Origin: an uncultured delta proteobacterium
GTDB taxonomy: Bacteria > Desulfobacterota > Syntrophia > Syntrophales > UBA2192
Assembly: GCA_963705165.1 (NCBI GenBank)
Contig: CAVPJD010000009.1
Span: 83,088 to 147,087, forward strand
Direction of reading: 5' to 3'
Length of the DNA stretch: 64,000 bases
Shown: positions 61,172-64,000 of the stretch, in pieces
Position numbering within the stretch: position 1 is the first letter of the stretch
How the letters are laid out: each line of letters begins with the position of its first letter
Notes under the pieces: model-generated
The model's database searches: none
What the model saw: the letters and a program-made list of their open reading frames with translations, nothing else
Told to the model about the DNA's origin: nothing
Translations under genes and position numbers: made by a program

Positions 61172-61792
61172 CTACGGGGCCGGGCGGGGCCGGAACGCCG
61201 GCCCGGGAAACGCGAACAGCGCGCGTCCGGCGACCGGGTTGATCAGCAGCGCGAAGGCGATCCACAACGAGATGGCGCCCAGCACCACGGTGCACGCACC
61301 GATGACGAGGCCGAGCCATTCGCCTCCGCCAACGTGGCGGGCGATCCTGGCGAGGTAGAGCAGGTCGATGTCGATCAGGAACGCCATCAGGAGCGAGGAG
61401 AAGAACCCGAAGCCGTAGGTGAACACCAGGAAGACCACGAGGAAGCAGACGTCCACCGCGAGCACCACTCCCGGGTCGGGCGCCTGACCGCGGGAGGGCC
61501 CGTCCAGCACCCACCAGTTGATCACCCAGTTGAACGCGAACGAGGTGAACAGCGTGCCGCCGTACAGGTTGTGATTGAGCAGATTGCCCAGGCCGGCGAC
61601 AAGCTGGCCGCCGGCGCCGAACAGCAGGCAGAAGACCGCGGCCGTCCGGAATCCCGCCGGGCTCAGGCTCGTGCCGAAGGCGATGGGCACCAGGGCCGCG
61701 CACCCGATGGCCAGGCAGATCAGGCCGATCGCAGTCGGATCGGCGATCGCGGCCGGAGGAGCAGGACGTTCCGGGTCGGCGTGGCTGGTCAT
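61172..61792 (-). CDS. GPR1/FUN34/YaaH (SatP-like) acetate/succinate transporter
   Basis: ADPTAIGL, GQLVAG and N..GGT.FTSF motifs; about 6 TM segments. Confidence 0.85.
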   Translation of the reverse strand: MTSHADPERPAPPAAIADPTAIGLICLAIGCAALVPIAFGTSLSPAGFRTAAVFCLLFGAGGQLVAGLGNLLNHNLYGGTLFTSFAFNWVINWWVLDGPSRGQAPDPGVVLAVDVCFLVVFLVFTYGFGFFSSLLMAFLIDIDLLYLARIARHVGGGEWLGLVIGACTVVLGAISLWIAFALLINPVAGRALFAFPGPAFRPRPAP

Positions 61793-61851
61793 GTGGTCTC
61801 CTCGGTCACCCAACGGGCGCACCCCGAGGGGTATTCTCCCCGGGCACGCGC

Positions 61852-64000
61852 CTAGCGCAGACTGCCGGCGCCGGCGATCAGCCCGAAGGCAGCGTCGCCA
61901 CCGAGCGGCGCTGAGAACAGGTGACCCTGTGCCCGCTCGCAGCCCAGGTCGCGGAGCCGCGTGCGCTGCAGGAGCGTTTCCACGCCCTCGGCGACGACGC
62001 TCATGCCCAGGCTGTGGGCAAGCGCCACGATGGTGCCCACAATCTCACCCGGGCCGCGTGTTTCCTCGAGATGCGCCACGAAGGCGCGGTCGATCTTCAG
62101 CGTGTCGACAGGAAGCTGCGCGAGGTAGGCGAGCGACGAGTAGCCCGTGCCGAAGTCGTCGATCGCCACGTGCACGCCGAGGCCCTTGAGCTCGTCGAGG
62201 ACACCCGTGACCATGGCGACGTTCTCCATGATCGTGCTCTCGGTGATTTCCAGCTCCAGGCTGGACGGCTCCAGCTCGCACTCCCCGAGCAGGGAGCGGA
62301 TCTCATGCGCGAGGTGGGAGCCCGTGAAGTGACGGCTCGACACGTTCACGTTCATGGTGAGCGATCGGGCCGCGGGCACCGACGTGCGCCAGGCCTGGAG
62401 CTGCCGGCACGCCTCCTGCAGGACCCATCTGTCGATCGCGACGATGAGGGCGTCCTCCTCCGCGACCGGGACGAACTCGTCCGGCAGCACGAGGCCCCGC
62501 TCCGGATCCCGCCAGCGCACGAGGGCCTCGAAGCCCGCGAGCCGCCCCGAGAGCAACGACACGATCGGCTGGTAGTAGACACACAGCCGCTGCTGGTCGA
62601 CGGCCTGCCTGAGTGCGGTCTTGAGGGCCAGGCGGGCGACCGCCGCCTGCCGCATCTCGACGTCGAAGATCTCGTGGCGAGATCGTCCGCGGGCCTTGGC
62701 CCGGTACATGGCGATGTCGGCGTCGCGCAGGATGTCGTCGGCCCGCTGGTAGCCGGCATCGCCGACCACGATGCCGATGCTCGCCGACAACGTCACCTCG
62801 CGCCCGTCGATCTCGAAGGGCATCCCGACCTCGTGCTGGATGCGATCGGCGACGTCCACCGCGCCTCCCACGTCGCCGACCTCGTCGAGCAGCACGACGA
62901 ACTCGTCACCCCCCAGCCGCGCACAGGTGTCGGAGGAGCGCAGGCACCCGCCGATACGGGGGGCCAGCGCGACGAGCAACAGGTCGCCCGTCTCGTGGCC
63001 GAGGCTGTCGTTGACGAACTTGAAGCCGTCCAGATCGAGGAAGAGCACTGCGAAGCGCCGCGACGGATAGCGCCGGGAGCGCGTTGTCGCGCGCTCGAGC
63101 CGCTCGACGAGCAGCGCCCGGTTGGGCAGCCCCGTGAGCGCGTCATGGAGAGCGTCGTGCTGCAGCTGGGCCTCGGCCCGCTTCTGCGCGGTGGTGTCGC
63201 GGAAGTTGAGGACGAGGCCCTCCACCGCCGGCTCGCCGAGGAGGTTCCGCCCGCTGACCCCGAGCCAGCGCCATTGCCCGCCGCTGTCGCGCAGCCGGAC
63301 CTCCCCGGTCACGCCTCGACCGCTGTCCTCCTGCAGCGCCGTCACGAGGCTGCTGGCATGGGCCCGGTCCTCGGAGTGCACGAGATTGTGGAGGCTCTTC
63401 CCCAGAAGGTCCTCCGGCGGAAACCCCAGGATCCGCGCGGTCGAGGGGCTCGCGTAGCGGATGCCTCCCGCGGCGTCGAGTACGGAGACGAGATTGGAGC
63501 TGCCCTCGATCAGGGCGCGGAAGCGCCGCTCGCTCCGCAGCCGCGCCTCCTCGGCCCGCTTGCGGTCGATGGCCGAGGCGATGACGTTGGCCACGGACTC
63601 GAGGGCCTGCTGCGTTGCCTCCGAGGTGGCCTGCCGGGCGAACATGGCGATCACGCCGACGACGCGCCCCTCGATGATCAGCGGGTGACCCAGGAAGGAG
63701 GCGAGCCCCTCCCGGCGCACCCAGTCCTGGTCGTGGACGCGCGGATCTCCGGCGACGGCGTTGGTGAGGTGCGGACGGCGCTCCTGGGCGATGAGGCCAA
63801 TCTTGAAACGTCCGACCGCGATGCGGCCGTGGATGCCGTCCGTGTGCGTGTACATCCCCGCGCTCGCCTCGAGCTCGAGCATGTCGCCGCCCTCGGTGAG
63901 CGTCCAGATTCGGGCGAGCGCCGCGTCGAGGTACTCGACGATGGTCTCGCAGCAGCGCTGGAGCATCTCAGGTCGCGAGCCTCCACGGGTCAGGGTCGTC
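61852..64000 (-). CDS. GAF-PAS-GGDEF-EAL c-di-GMP signalling protein, 5' truncated by the window edge
   Basis: HDALTGLPNR, intact RLGGDEF, FEALVRW and IDDFGTGYSSL motifs. Confidence 0.95.
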   Translation of the reverse strand, partial: TTLTRGGSRPEMLQRCCETIVEYLDAALARIWTLTEGGDMLELEASAGMYTHTDGIHGRIAVGRFKIGLIAQERRPHLTNAVAGDPRVHDQDWVRREGLASFLGHPLIIEGRVVGVIAMFARQATSEATQQALESVANVIASAIDRKRAEEARLRSERRFRALIEGSSNLVSVLDAAGGIRYASPSTARILGFPPEDLLGKSLHNLVHSEDRAHASSLVTALQEDSGRGVTGEVRLRDSGGQWRWLGVSGRNLLGEPAVEGLVLNFRDTTAQKRAEAQLQHDALHDALTGLPNRALLVERLERATTRSRRYPSRRFAVLFLDLDGFKFVNDSLGHETGDLLLVALAPRIGGCLRSSDTCARLGGDEFVVLLDEVGDVGGAVDVADRIQHEVGMPFEIDGREVTLSASIGIVVGDAGYQRADDILRDADIAMYRAKARGRSRHEIFDVEMRQAAVARLALKTALRQAVDQQRLCVYYQPIVSLLSGRLAGFEALVRWRDPERGLVLPDEFVPVAEEDALIVAIDRWVLQEACRQLQAWRTSVPAARSLTMNVNVSSRHFTGSHLAHEIRSLLGECELEPSSLELEITESTIMENVAMVTGVLDELKGLGVHVAIDDFGTGYSSLAYLAQLPVDTLKIDRAFVAHLEETRGPGEIVGTIVALAHSLGMSVVAEGVETLLQRTRLRDLGCERAQGHLFSAPLGGDAAFGLIAGAGSLR

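Overview
The window appears to join two different genomes at about 29,955. The left part (1-29.95 kb) has moderate GC and looks like an anaerobic Desulfobacterota/Syntrophales-type genome (inference). It carries a CCG Fe-S protein fragment, a stand-alone pyruvate/oxaloacetate carboxyltransferase, a kdpFABCDE operon with an extra small membrane peptide, HU, a glycerol-1-phosphate-dehydrogenase-like gene with an Fbp/Afu-type ABC transporter, Fur/PerR-katG, an HMG-CoA-lyase-like gene, a ferritin-like/VIT1 protein and a COG1373-type AAA ATPase. It ends in a ~4.6 kb AT-richer patch where co-oriented genes and gene fragments are separated by composite repeats (9-mer arrays, 7-8-mer arrays and TGACCCC-type ends). 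The right part (29.95-64 kb) is visibly higher in GC and looks Acidobacteriota/Vicinamibacterales-like (inference). It carries an N-truncated epimerase, NhaA, an XKS1-type xylulokinase, an SSS symporter, a GKRP/MurQ-like protein, a TonB-dependent receptor behind a sigma-54 promoter, a large secreted HEXXH protein, DUF2252, MscS, a porin, an RNA-polymerase-omega-like small gene divergent from a Crp/Fnr regulator, an RND efflux system, SatP and a GAF-PAS-GGDEF-EAL protein. Many genes between ~21 and ~60 kb are frameshifted, most likely from long-read sequencing errors. No rRNA, tRNA, CRISPR array, integrase or transposase was recognised. All family calls come from motif recognition by eye, not database searches.
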